A stretch of DNA of 48,377 nucleotides from Eubacteriales bacterium. Lineage in GTDB: Bacteria > Bacillota > Clostridia > Oscillospirales > CAG-272. The stretch spans positions 1-48,377 of the forward strand of contig JAZOUM010000004.1 in NCBI GenBank assembly GCA_045658205.1. The letters are read 5' to 3'. Below the pieces are notes generated by a model. The model saw only the letters and a program-made list of their open reading frames with translations. It did no database searches and was not told where the DNA came from. Positions 27,020-36,906 of the stretch are shown in pieces. Numbering within the stretch: the first letter of the stretch is position 1; each line of letters opens with the position of its first letter. The position numbers were made by a program, and so were the translations under genes.

Positions 27020-27762
27020 CAGATAAGCTCAACAGGGTAGAGTATCTTGAGCTGGTTGATCTTTCTCTCGTAAGCCTCGCGTCTTTTCTCGTTGAGTACC
27101 ATTTCGCTGAGCTGGGGAGCGATCTGCTCATAGGGCATTACACTTGCCTCTGACTTGGAGTTGAGCTTGATGAGGTGATAACCAAACTGAGTCTTTACTG
27201 GAGTCTTTGAGATCTCTCCTACCTCAAGCTCAAATACCGCCTTATCAAATTCGGGAACCATCTGACCTCTGCCAAAGTCGCCGAGATTTCCACCTCTCTG
27301 ACCGGAGGGGCAGGAGGAATGCTCCTTTGCCGCATCAGCAAAGCTTGTTTCGCCTGACTCGATCCTCGCAAGGATCTCAAGCGCCTTTTCTTCACTATCA
27401 ACGAGGATGTGATCTGCGTTTACGGTCTCTCCCTGCTTGAACTTGTCGAGGTTATCCTCGTAGTACTTCTTTACGTCCTCTTCGCTTACCTTAACCGATG
27501 CGAGCACCTTGTTGCCGGCATAGTTTATGAGGAGGTTTTCACGGAGCTTTGCAAGCTCTGCCTTAAACTCAGCCTCTGTCTCGAGGAGATTATGTCTTGC
27601 GTCGAGGAGAAGGAGCTTGGAGCTGATGATCTGCTCAAGAATTGCCTTTCTTCCCTCGGGAGTGTTATAGCCCTGTCCTCTCTGACCGAGCTCTGCGAGG
27701 AACTCGTCTACTTCCTTTTCACTTACGGTGAGAGCGCCCACCTTTGCTAAAATCTTATCCAT
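27019..27762 (-). CDS. Parvulin/PpiC-type peptidyl-prolyl isomerase
   Basis: HILV, S.CPS...GGNLG.F.RGQMVPEF, PVKTQFGYHLI; no signal peptide. Confidence 0.92.
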   Translation of the reverse strand: MDKILAKVGALTVSEKEVDEFLAELGQRGQGYNTPEGRKAILEQIISSKLLLLDARHNLLETEAEFKAELAKLRENLLINYAGNKVLASVKVSEEDVKKYYEDNLDKFKQGETVNADHILVDSEEKALEILARIESGETSFADAAKEHSSCPSGQRGGNLGDFGRGQMVPEFDKAVFELEVGEISKTPVKTQFGYHLIKLNSKSEASVMPYEQIAPQLSEMVLNEKRREAYERKINQLKILYPVELI

Positions 27763-27786
27763 TGTTTTATATCTCCTTAGAAATTA

Positions 27787-29160
27787 TTATCTTGTTCTCA
27801 ATCCCTTAGGGTAGTGATTTTTTATTTTTCCACCGGATGCTTTTCCGCCTCCGAGTGCCGATCCCTCAAAGAAAATCGCGCACCAGCCCTTGATGTTGCT
27901 TGTCACTTCTATTTCTTCACCGGCAAGATACTTTTCGACTCTTGCATCGCCTCTTTCAAGATTCTCCTTCGCCTTGAATAGATCGGCGTAAGCGGAGAAG
28001 AATTGGTGGTGCGGTACGAGTGTCGAGCCCTTAATCTCGCCGAGCATCACACCCGACATAAAGACAGATCCCTTTGGGATGGGACATCCGTGAGCGATAA
28101 GCGCGATGTTGTCTCCAACCTTAACTACTCTGCCGTCCGGGACTTTGGTCAACGACTCTTTGAAGAAGTCGTACACAACCGCATTCTCTTGCTTGGAAAG
28201 TAGTTTTGCCTCATCTTTGTAAAGTATTCTTTGTTTTATATCGGTTTTTTCATCTCTTTGCATCAGGGCAAGGAACTGACCTTCGCCGTCGCTTATGTGA
28301 GGATAAAAACGTCTTGCGTACTCTATATTCTTGGTGTCTTCAGCGTAATTTATCATAGCGGGTGAGGTTTTTTCTTCCAAATGCTCATTGACACGCACAA
28401 GAGCGAAGTCTGCGTTTTTGTTTAGGAAGGCGGCTACGTTTTCCTCGTTTTCCTCAGGGGAATAGGTACAGGTTGAATAAAGTAGATAGCCGCCCGCTTT
28501 TACAAGTCCTTTTGCGTTTTCCAAAATTTCTCTTTGACGCTTGGCGGATACCTTAACGTTTTCCTCGCTCCAGTCGTTTACAGCTTCCTCGCTCTTTCGG
28601 AACATTCCTTCGCCTGAGCAGGGGGCGTCTACTATAACAAGATCGAACACGCCCTCGTACATCTCGGCAAGTCTTGCTGTGTCCAGCGACGTGACCATAG
28701 CGTTTCTGACTCCGAGCCTTTCGAAGTTACCTACTATTATTTTTGCCCTTTTAGGCACGTATTCGTTGGATAGGAGAAATCCTTCCTTGCCAAGCCTTTC
28801 GGCAACCTGCGACGATTTACCTCCCGGCGCGGCGCAGAGATCTGCTACCCACCAATCGGGATCGATATCGAGACTGGCGGCGCTTGCCATAGCTCCGGGA
28901 TCCTGCATATATACCATACCTGCGTGATGGTAGGGAGATGCTCCCATAGCGCGCTCCTCGCGTAATATAAAGCCGTTGTCGACGTATCCTGTAGGCTCTA
29001 GGTTAAATTCACCGTCCGAAAGCAGCTTTTCAGGAGTAGTCTTGATGAGGTTTACTCTCAGACCGCGTACGGCTTCCTTGGTCTCAAGCGCTTCGATAAA
29101 AGGCGCGTACTCGTCACCGAGAATGCCTTGCATTTTTTCCTTGAATCTTTCGGGAATCAT
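27787..29160 (-). CDS. rsmF: RsmF/RsmB (NOL1/NOP2/Sun) rRNA m5C methyltransferase
   Basis: DLCAAPGGKS, VDAPCSGEGMFRK, YSTCT, C-terminal KNHYPKGLR. Confidence 0.88.
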   Translation of the reverse strand: MIPERFKEKMQGILGDEYAPFIEALETKEAVRGLRVNLIKTTPEKLLSDGEFNLEPTGYVDNGFILREERAMGASPYHHAGMVYMQDPGAMASAASLDIDPDWWVADLCAAPGGKSSQVAERLGKEGFLLSNEYVPKRAKIIVGNFERLGVRNAMVTSLDTARLAEMYEGVFDLVIVDAPCSGEGMFRKSEEAVNDWSEENVKVSAKRQREILENAKGLVKAGGYLLYSTCTYSPEENEENVAAFLNKNADFALVRVNEHLEEKTSPAMINYAEDTKNIEYARRFYPHISDGEGQFLALMQRDEKTDIKQRILYKDEAKLLSKQENAVVYDFFKESLTKVPDGRVVKVGDNIALIAHGCPIPKGSVFMSGVMLGEIKGSTLVPHHQFFSAYADLFKAKENLERGDARVEKYLAGEEIEVTSNIKGWCAIFFEGSALGGGKASGGKIKNHYPKGLRTR

Positions 29161-29216
29161 ACCGTCGTTTCCCCCTTTCTAAGTCTGCTTTTAAAGGCTT
29201 TTCATAAACCTTTACT

Positions 29217-29245
29217 ATTATATATTATTCTCGTTACAAAGTCAA
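29217..29245 (-). promoter_or_regulatory. Sigma-A promoter of rsmF operon
   Basis: TTGACT-17 bp-TATAAT. Confidence 0.7.
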
Positions 29246-29388
29246 TCCCCTTGCGCCTTAATAACTTAAGGTATACCATAATATAAAGGTTGATGATATG
29301 TATCCGTTTTCATTTTCTTGTGGGAGCTTGAAAAGTGTGTTAGGATGGGTATTAGCTTACAAAGTAATAATTAGTCGAATTTATCCCC

Positions 29389-29417
29389 TTGAAATATTAT
29401 AAAATATATGTTAAAAT
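29389..29417 (+). promoter_or_regulatory. Sigma-A promoter of M16 peptidase operon
   Basis: TTGAAA-17 bp-TAAAAT with extended TGn. Confidence 0.65.
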
Positions 29418-29446
29418 ATTATTGAACAACGAAACGGAGGTGTCCT

Positions 29447-30712
29447 GTGGAGAAGAAAAGAATAGCAAAAAACGGGATACCCGTTTACAGTATGACAAAC
29501 GAGCATAATCACAGCTTTTTCATCTCGATGTTTTTAAAGGCGGGATGTATGTACGAGAGCGTGGATGAAAGTGGAATAACGCACTTTCTTGAGCATGCCG
29601 CGATAAGAAACGTCAATAAGCTGATGGATGATGGACTCTATCGCGAACTTGATAGACGTGGTATGGAATTCAACGCCTCGACGTACGCGGAGATGGTTCA
29701 GTTTTACATCTCGGGCGCTTCGCGACATTTCAAGAGCGCCGCCGAAATGATCAGTCGTTTACTCTCGCCTATTATTCTCAGCGCCAAGGAGCTTGATGCT
29801 GAGCGTAATCGTATCAAGGCGGAGATACGAGAGGTGGATGATAAAAGCACGCTCGCATTTATATCGGGTGAAGAGGTGTGGTCGGATACTCCGCTTGCGA
29901 GAGCTATTACGGGAACGCTCGGCTCGGTATCTAAGATTAACTTAACACGCCTTGAGGCTTATCGAAAGCGTGTCTTTAATTCAAGCAACGTTTTTTTCTA
30001 CGTTACCGGTAACGCGTCCGATGAGGATCTGGACTATCTTGCCGAGCTTGTCGGTGGATATGAGCTTATTGGTGACGAGGAGCATAATAACGTGGCTGTG
30101 CTTCCGGAGCGCTTTTTAAAGCGAGAAAAGAATGTGAAATTAAAGAACGCTGACTTTACGAAAATAAGGTACTCCTTTGACGTGGATATGTCGCGCGTCA
30201 CTTGCGCAGAGCTTGACTTGCTTTACGATGCCGTGCTTGGTGGATACAGCTCGGATTTCTTTATAGAGCTTAGTGAAAAGAGAGGTCTCTTCTACGATCT
30301 TGGTGGTACGGTGGAAAGATATCGCAATGCGGCGGTATTTTCCTTCTCGTACGAGCTTAAGGAATCAAAGCTATACGAGGCGGCAGAAACTACCAAGGAG
30401 CTGTTAGGCAGCTACGCGGCGCAACCGTTGGATGCCGATAGATGTATGCGCGCCATTTATATCGACAATGCGGGGATGCTACTTGATGATCCGAGGGATC
30501 TATGCTTCACCTTTGCTTACGATAACCACGTGCTCGGTCTTGGATATCGCGATATAGGTGAGCGACGAGCCGCTTACGCAGCTATCACACCGCAAAGACT
30601 TTGCGAGGTGGCGAAAATTGTGTTCCGTCCTGAGAATATGACGGTAGCGCTTAAGGGAAATAAAAAGAAAATAGATATAGAAAAGCTTAAGAAAATAATT
30701 TTTGGAGAATGA
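29447..30712 (+). CDS. M16 family zinc peptidase
   Basis: Inverted zinc motif HFLEH, FNAST, ER..I..E, EKRGLFY; GTG start with GGAGG. Confidence 0.88.
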   Translation: MEKKRIAKNGIPVYSMTNEHNHSFFISMFLKAGCMYESVDESGITHFLEHAAIRNVNKLMDDGLYRELDRRGMEFNASTYAEMVQFYISGASRHFKSAAEMISRLLSPIILSAKELDAERNRIKAEIREVDDKSTLAFISGEEVWSDTPLARAITGTLGSVSKINLTRLEAYRKRVFNSSNVFFYVTGNASDEDLDYLAELVGGYELIGDEEHNNVAVLPERFLKREKNVKLKNADFTKIRYSFDVDMSRVTCAELDLLYDAVLGGYSSDFFIELSEKRGLFYDLGGTVERYRNAAVFSFSYELKESKLYEAAETTKELLGSYAAQPLDADRCMRAIYIDNAGMLLDDPRDLCFTFAYDNHVLGLGYRDIGERRAAYAAITPQRLCEVAKIVFRPENMTVALKGNKKKIDIEKLKKIIFGE

Positions 30713-30716
30713 AGCA

Positions 30717-33479
30717 ATGGATTTTAAGAACGTTGACAAAAAATACCGTCCGATACCGTTCTGGTCTTGGAATGAAAAGCTGGATATAGAAGAAACCAAG
30801 CGTCAGATAGGAATAATGGATGAGGCGGGCATCGGCGGATACTTTATGCACGCCAGAGGCGGTCTTATGACCGAGTATATGGGTGAGGAATGGTTCGATA
30901 ATATCAGAGCCTCCATTGAAGAGGGTGACAAAAGAGGTATGCATTCATGGGCGTACGACGAAAACGGTTGGCCCTCCGGCTTCGGCTTCGGCAAGGTAAA
31001 CGGACTTGGCGTAGATTATCAGCAAAAGAGCTTACACTCAGAGCCCCTTACCGATGAAAACCGCGATCTTGAAAACACGTTACTTGTTAAGAATGGGGTG
31101 AGATATTTCTACCGTGTAAACGAGTTTTACGTAGATACCCTCGATAAGAAGGTAATTAAGAAGTTTGTTGACGAGATATACGCAAAGTATTATGAAAAGT
31201 TCGGATCTACCTTTGACGGCTTCTTTACCGACGAGCCGCAGATTTTGCGTGGAGACGGCTACCCGTGGAGCTTTATTCTTGAGGAAAGCTTTGTGGAAAG
31301 ATACGGCTACAGCCTTGTCGAGAACCTTGACGCGCTCTTCTTTGATATAGAGGGATGCGAGGATATAAGAGTTGATTATTGGCAGCTCGTTACCGATCTT
31401 TTCTCCGAGGCGTTCTTCAAGCAGATATACGATTTCTGCGATGCTCACGGCTATAAGCTTACCGGTCACCTTGTGCTTGAGGAGGATCTTATGTCACAGC
31501 TTGTCTCCAACGGTTCTTGTATGCCTCATTACGAGTATTTCCATATTCCCGGCATGGACTGGTTGGGCAGACCCGTTACCGAGTGTCTGACTCCTATGCA
31601 GCTTTCCTCCGCCGCGGCTCAGATGGGTAAGAAGCAGATACTCACGGAGACATACGCGGCATCCGGTCACAGCGTAACACACGGCGAGCTTAAGCGCATT
31701 ATGGAATGGCAGATGGTACACGGTGTAAACCTGCTTTGCACACACCTTGAGGGCTATTCTCTGCGCGGTATAAGAAAGCGCGATTATCCTCCGGCAATGT
31801 ATTATCAGCAGCCTTGGTGGGCTGATATGAAGGTGTTCTTCGACGCTATGTCACGCGTTGGTATGCTTTTGGCAGAGGGTAGCGTAAACGTTGATACTCT
31901 CCTTATCCACCCCGAGACTACCGCGTGGACGATTTACAACGGCTTTGAGTTTACCGCAGAGTCCTCCAAGAAGATAAGAGAATATCACAACGCCTTTCTT
32001 CGCGATATGCGATCTATAGAGGATAAGCACGTGGAATATCATCTTGGTGACGAGACTGTGATGAAGCGCCACGCGAGAGTTGAGGGCGATGAGCTTGTTA
32101 TCGGTCAGATGCGCTACAAGACGGTCGTTATGCCTACAAGATATACACGCCTTTTGGATAACACGAAAAAGCTTCTTGATGAGTTCCGCGCTAACGGCGG
32201 TAGAATTATCGGAGTTGACGAGATCGAGGCAAACGATATTACCGAGCCCTCAAGACTTGGATTTACCTCGCGTAGCTTCGACGATTTTGATATGTATTAC
32301 TTCGTTAATACCGATAATAGCGAGGTAAAAGCTACCTTCAAAAAGGGAGAACAGCTTATGGTTATCGAGACCGGTGATCTTATTCCCTTTACGGGTGAGC
32401 ATACCTTCGCTCCTTATGAGTCGATAGTTATTATAGATACTCATGGCAAGAGAGTAGAAGCCGAGGTTGAAGAAAGCTCGGAAAAGCTTGATCTTCTCGG
32501 TAAGTGGGACGTTAAGGACTTTACCTACAACTCTCTTACTCTTGACACCTGTGATTACTACTTCGATGGCGAGCTTGTCGAGAAGGATGGATACGTGTTA
32601 AATATTCTTCCGAGAATCAATGAGCTTGAAAGAGCTGTAGAGCTTGAGCAGACGTATAGATTCACCGTGAAGGCGCTTTCTGATAAAATGTTCCTCGCTA
32701 CAGAGACTCCCGATATATTTGAGATAACCGTTAACGGTCAGCTTATAGATAAGACCGACTGTGGTTATTTCCGTGACAGCGCTTTCAGAATGCTTGACAT
32801 TGCCCCTTATGTAAAAGATGGCGTAAATGAAATTCACTTCAAGTCGGTGATCGAGCAGACACCCGCATGCTACAAGCATATTTCAAACTCCTGGACGTTT
32901 GAGAGTATGAAGAATTGCCTTTCTTACGATATGGAGGTTGAACCTATTTATATTGTAGGAAGCTTTGGACTCGGCTTTGACGATGAGCCTGAGCTTCTTG
33001 ATGAGGGTACATACCGTGTAAAAAAACAGCCGGTTATTGTAGCCGCGCCCGTAGCCGTTGATGCTGCAAGACTTGATTTTGAGGGCTTTGCCGAATTTGC
33101 AGGCGAGCTTACACTCGCTCGTGAATTTGAGCTTGATAACACAAATTATCACGTGCATCTTGAGGGCAGGGGAATGAACGCTATCAGACTTAAGGTCAAC
33201 GGACGTGATGTAGCAACTAAGCTTTACTCGCCCTACCGCGTAGAGCTAAAGGATTATTTGACCGTTGGTAAGAACACCTTGGAGCTTACCTTGGTAAATA
33301 ACCTCAGAAATATGATGGGACCTCATCACCTTAAGTATGATGAGCATAGATGGGTATCTCCCGGTATCTTCTACAAGGAATCCAATATCTTTGCGCATCC
33401 TGATGGCGCAGGGGCAGATTGTCACGACGTTCTCGATAGATTTGAGGACGGATATCTCCTCATAAATTACGGACTGTAA
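30717..33479 (+). CDS. Large glycoside hydrolase, GH106-like
   Basis: PFWSWN, MHARGG, YDENGWPSG, FFTDEP, PGMDWL, RKRDYPP, C-terminal beta-sandwich domains; start set at ATG 30717. Family call is by recognition only. Confidence 0.65.
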   Translation: MDFKNVDKKYRPIPFWSWNEKLDIEETKRQIGIMDEAGIGGYFMHARGGLMTEYMGEEWFDNIRASIEEGDKRGMHSWAYDENGWPSGFGFGKVNGLGVDYQQKSLHSEPLTDENRDLENTLLVKNGVRYFYRVNEFYVDTLDKKVIKKFVDEIYAKYYEKFGSTFDGFFTDEPQILRGDGYPWSFILEESFVERYGYSLVENLDALFFDIEGCEDIRVDYWQLVTDLFSEAFFKQIYDFCDAHGYKLTGHLVLEEDLMSQLVSNGSCMPHYEYFHIPGMDWLGRPVTECLTPMQLSSAAAQMGKKQILTETYAASGHSVTHGELKRIMEWQMVHGVNLLCTHLEGYSLRGIRKRDYPPAMYYQQPWWADMKVFFDAMSRVGMLLAEGSVNVDTLLIHPETTAWTIYNGFEFTAESSKKIREYHNAFLRDMRSIEDKHVEYHLGDETVMKRHARVEGDELVIGQMRYKTVVMPTRYTRLLDNTKKLLDEFRANGGRIIGVDEIEANDITEPSRLGFTSRSFDDFDMYYFVNTDNSEVKATFKKGEQLMVIETGDLIPFTGEHTFAPYESIVIIDTHGKRVEAEVEESSEKLDLLGKWDVKDFTYNSLTLDTCDYYFDGELVEKDGYVLNILPRINELERAVELEQTYRFTVKALSDKMFLATETPDIFEITVNGQLIDKTDCGYFRDSAFRMLDIAPYVKDGVNEIHFKSVIEQTPACYKHISNSWTFESMKNCLSYDMEVEPIYIVGSFGLGFDDEPELLDEGTYRVKKQPVIVAAPVAVDAARLDFEGFAEFAGELTLAREFELDNTNYHVHLEGRGMNAIRLKVNGRDVATKLYSPYRVELKDYLTVGKNTLELTLVNNLRNMMGPHHLKYDEHRWVSPGIFYKESNIFAHPDGAGADCHDVLDRFEDGYLLINYGL

Positions 33480-33486
33480 TTTCAAA

Positions 33487-34200
33487 ATGAAAAAGATCAC
33501 CACAGTGCTTTTTGACCTTGACGGTACGCTTATCGGTATGGATCAGGAGGAGTTTATCAGACTGTATTTTGTTACCATTCTTGATAAGCTTACCAATCTT
33601 GGATTTGATAAAACCCTTATGTACGAGTCGCTTGAGACGGCTATCAGGGCTACAAAGCGAAATAACGGAGAGATGACTAATGAGGCTCGCTTTTGGCAGA
33701 GCTTCAGCGAAGCCGTCGGCGGACTTTCCGATAAGTTAAGGGATACTGTTTTATCATTCTACAGCGACGATTTTTTAAATGTTCTTGAGGGGAGCTGTAC
33801 TCCGTTTTCAAGAGCTAATGAGATAATTGAAGCGGCAAAGAATAAGGGGCTTCGAGTAATACTTGCCACCAATCCGCTTTTTCCGGCAATAGCAACCCAT
33901 GCCCGTATAAGACTCGGCGGTATGTCACCGTCTGATTTTGAATATATCACGGCATACGAAAACAGTAGCTACTGTAAGCCTGAGTCTGCTTATTTTACTG
34001 AGCTTTTGACAAAGCTGTCTGTATCGTCTGATGAGTGCGTGATGATAGGCAACGACACACGTGACGATTTTGCCGCACATGCTCTTGGAATACCGGTTTT
34101 CGTTCTTACGGAATGCTTGATAAATAACACGGGTGTAGACTTGTCCCCATATCCTCACGGTGGGTTTGATGAATTGATAAGCTATATCAATTCGCTTTGA
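33487..34200 (+). CDS. HAD family hydrolase
   Basis: FDLDGTL, ATNP, CKP, MIGND. Confidence 0.88.
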   Translation: MKKITTVLFDLDGTLIGMDQEEFIRLYFVTILDKLTNLGFDKTLMYESLETAIRATKRNNGEMTNEARFWQSFSEAVGGLSDKLRDTVLSFYSDDFLNVLEGSCTPFSRANEIIEAAKNKGLRVILATNPLFPAIATHARIRLGGMSPSDFEYITAYENSSYCKPESAYFTELLTKLSVSSDECVMIGNDTRDDFAAHALGIPVFVLTECLINNTGVDLSPYPHGGFDELISYINSL

Positions 34201-34227
34201 TACTTTTAAAACGAATAGGAGTTTTTT

Positions 34228-35316
34228 ATGAAAATATTGATCGCTGCCGATCTTGTTCCGACGTCGGCAACCTCTTATGATTTTGCAAATGGCAATATAG
34301 ACAGGCTTTTCGGCAAGGTAAAGGATATAGCAAAAGGGTGCGACCGATTTGTCGTTAACCTTGAATGCGCATTGACCGAAAGCTCTAATGCCATAAAAAA
34401 ATTCGGCCCGAATTTGAAAGGGCCTATCGGCACTGCAAATACCTTGAAAACGCTTGGAGTTACGGATGTAGCGCTCGCAAACAACCATGTCTTTGATTTT
34501 GGAATCGAGGGACTCAAGGATACGGTGGCTGCTCTTGATCGAGCGGGATTGCCGTATTTTGGAATAGGTGAAAACGATACCGATTCGCGTCGTCCGTACT
34601 TCTTCGATGCCAACGGTAAAAGTATATGTATAGTGAACGTGTGTGAGCATGAATACACCTACGCTCTTCCTAACAGAATGGGTGCCAATCCTTTTGATCC
34701 TTTTTTAACGATGCAGGATATCAGAGCCGCTAAGGCAAAGGCTGATTTTCTTATAGTACTTTATCACGGTGGCAAGGAGTATTCCCCTTATCCGTCTCCC
34801 AGGCTTCGCAATCTTTGTCGCGAAATGGTGTATTGCGGCGCGGATGCCGTAATTACACAGCACAGCCATTGTATAGGCTGCTATGAGAAATTTGAAGGCG
34901 CACATATTCTCTACGGACAGGGCAATTTCAACTTTTCTTATCCTAATTTCAGCAAAAAAAGAGAGTGCTGGAAAACCTCGCTACTCGTTATTCTTAACGT
35001 GGCTGATAAGATCGATATTGAGTTTATTCCGATTTTCGATACCGATCATGGATGTGACGTGGCGGAAGGCGAAATGGCGGATAAAATAATGTCGGAGTTT
35101 GCCAAGAGAAACGATGAACTTCTTGACGGCAGATGGCTTGACGGTTGGGAGAAGTTCTGTCACTCTGATATTATGCCTTATTACATAGATGCGGCGTATC
35201 GCACGTCTGACGTTGAAGATAAGGATGAGCTGTTTGCGCATTACCTTGATTGCGAGGCTCATCTTGATGTTTGGCATACTCTTTTCAAAACCTGGAATCA
35301 CACAAACGAGATTTAA
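34228..35316 (+). CDS. CapA/PGA_cap family metallophosphatase-like protein
   Basis: NLEC, LANNHVFDFG..G, YHGGKE, HSHC, YGQGNF. Confidence 0.88.
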   Translation: MKILIAADLVPTSATSYDFANGNIDRLFGKVKDIAKGCDRFVVNLECALTESSNAIKKFGPNLKGPIGTANTLKTLGVTDVALANNHVFDFGIEGLKDTVAALDRAGLPYFGIGENDTDSRRPYFFDANGKSICIVNVCEHEYTYALPNRMGANPFDPFLTMQDIRAAKAKADFLIVLYHGGKEYSPYPSPRLRNLCREMVYCGADAVITQHSHCIGCYEKFEGAHILYGQGNFNFSYPNFSKKRECWKTSLLVILNVADKIDIEFIPIFDTDHGCDVAEGEMADKIMSEFAKRNDELLDGRWLDGWEKFCHSDIMPYYIDAAYRTSDVEDKDELFAHYLDCEAHLDVWHTLFKTWNHTNEI

Positions 35317-35326
35317 TAAGCAAATG

Positions 35327-35359
35327 AAAAAGAACCTTGCAAATTGCAAGGTTCTTTTT
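35327..35359. terminator. Bidirectional terminator
   Basis: AAAAAGAACCTTGC-aaatt-GCAAGGTTCTTTTT. Confidence 0.88.
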
Positions 35360-35393
35360 GCGTAAAAGTAAATTTTATTTTACAAAATCAGTC

Positions 35394-36512
35394 TTATTTG
35401 TTCTCGTTTTTTGAAATGTGCTTGAGGTATGCGTTTATAAAACCGTCGATATTGCCGTCCATTACCGAGTCGATGTTTCCGTCCTCAAAGCCTGTTCTTG
35501 TATCCTTCGCGAGAGTGTAGGGCATAAATACGTAGCTTCGTATCTGGCTACCCCATTCGATATTTGCCTTATTACCCTGGATGTCCTCGATCTTGTCAAG
35601 CTTCTCACGGATCTTGATCTCCATAAGCTTTGCCTTAAGCATCTTAAGAGCGGTTTCCTTGTTCTGAAGCTGGCTACGCTCGGTCTGACATCCTACAACA
35701 ATACCGGTAGGCTTGTGTACGATACGGATAGCCGAGTCGGTTTTGTTAATGTGCTGACCGCCCGCGCCGCTGGAACGGTGAGCGGTGATCTCGAGATCCT
35801 CGTCCTTGAGTACGATCTCTGCGTCATCCTCAAATTCAGGCATTACCTCAACCGATGCGAAGGAGGTGTGACGTCTTCCGGAGGAGTCGAAGGGAGAAAC
35901 TCTTACAAGTCTGTGTACTCCGTTTTCACTCTTAAGGTATCCGTAGGCGTTGATGCCCTCTATCATTATCGTTGCGGATTTAAGTCCTGCCTCATCTCCG
36001 TCGAGCCAATCCACGAGCTTTACGTTAAAGCCGTGCTTCTCGCCCCATCTGGTATACATACGGTAGAGCATAGATGCCCAGTCTTGAGCCTCGGTGCCAC
36101 CTGCGCCGGGATGGAAAGAAACTATTGCGTTGCTCTTGTCGTACTGACCGGAAAGGAGAACCTCTATTCTCTTTCTTTCAGCCTCTTCTTCGATGAAATC
36201 GGTCTCGGCTACAACCTCTGCCGCGGATTCCTCATCATTTGCCTCTATAGCCATTTCACAAAGCACGGTAGCATCCTCAAGTCTTGACAAAAGCTCCTCA
36301 TAGCTTTCAACCTTGTCCTTAAGCTGCTTGATCTCTCTAAGCTTCTTTGATGACTTTTCGGCATCGTTCCAGAAGTCCTGCACCATAGTCTCTCTTTCGA
36401 GATCCTGTGCCTTTTCTCTTGCCTCATCTATTCTTAACTGATTGCCGAGCTCCGCGAGTACGTCCTCGAGCGCGACGAGTCTTCTTTTTGCTTCTTCAAG
36501 CGCAACTATCAT
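35394..36512 (-). CDS. prfB: Peptide chain release factor 2 (single uninterrupted ORF)
   Basis: SPF motif (RVSPFD), GAGGQH.N, WGSQIRSYV; AGGAG RBS. Confidence 0.96.
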   Translation of the reverse strand: MIVALEEAKRRLVALEDVLAELGNQLRIDEAREKAQDLERETMVQDFWNDAEKSSKKLREIKQLKDKVESYEELLSRLEDATVLCEMAIEANDEESAAEVVAETDFIEEEAERKRIEVLLSGQYDKSNAIVSFHPGAGGTEAQDWASMLYRMYTRWGEKHGFNVKLVDWLDGDEAGLKSATIMIEGINAYGYLKSENGVHRLVRVSPFDSSGRRHTSFASVEVMPEFEDDAEIVLKDEDLEITAHRSSGAGGQHINKTDSAIRIVHKPTGIVVGCQTERSQLQNKETALKMLKAKLMEIKIREKLDKIEDIQGNKANIEWGSQIRSYVFMPYTLAKDTRTGFEDGNIDSVMDGNIDGFINAYLKHISKNENK

Positions 36513-36639
36513 AATTTGCTCCTTCCTTTAGGACGATAATATCATCCAAAAATAGCGCATACTTTCTCATTTTACCATTTATCTACGATATAATAACATA
36601 AAATTCTAAAAATGTAAAGAGAAAAGTGGAAAATATATG

Positions 36640-36668
36640 TTGATTTTTTAATAGCTTTATGTTATACT
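36640..36668 (+). promoter_or_regulatory. Sigma-A promoter of DUF1858-trmK-nif3 operon
   Basis: TTGATT-17 bp-TATACT with extended TGn. Confidence 0.6.
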
Positions 36669-36702
36669 GTTTTCACAACAAATAAACGCGAGGTAAAATA
36701 AA

Positions 36703-36906
36703 ATGCTTGTAACCAAGGATACTATTATCGGCAACGTTATCGATTTCGATCCCAACGCTGCTAAGATCTTCCATATGAACGGTATGTTCTGCACCGGATG
36801 TCCTCATGCGAGAAGCGAGTCTATCGCTGACGCTTGCGTAGCTCACGGTATGGATTGCGACGCTCTCGTTAAGGCTCTTAACGAGTATTTTGAGTCCAAG
36901 AAATGA
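36703..36906 (+). CDS. DUF1858 domain protein
   Basis: 67 aa; TKD..IG, GMFCTGCP, ES...AC..HG.D pattern. Confidence 0.85.
   Translation: MLVTKDTIIGNVIDFDPNAAKIFHMNGMFCTGCPHARSESIADACVAHGMDCDALVKALNEYFESKK

Noticed and set aside
34228-35316. Poly-gamma-glutamate capsule locus
   Set aside because: Only a CapA-domain gene; no capB/capC nearby and no membrane anchor.
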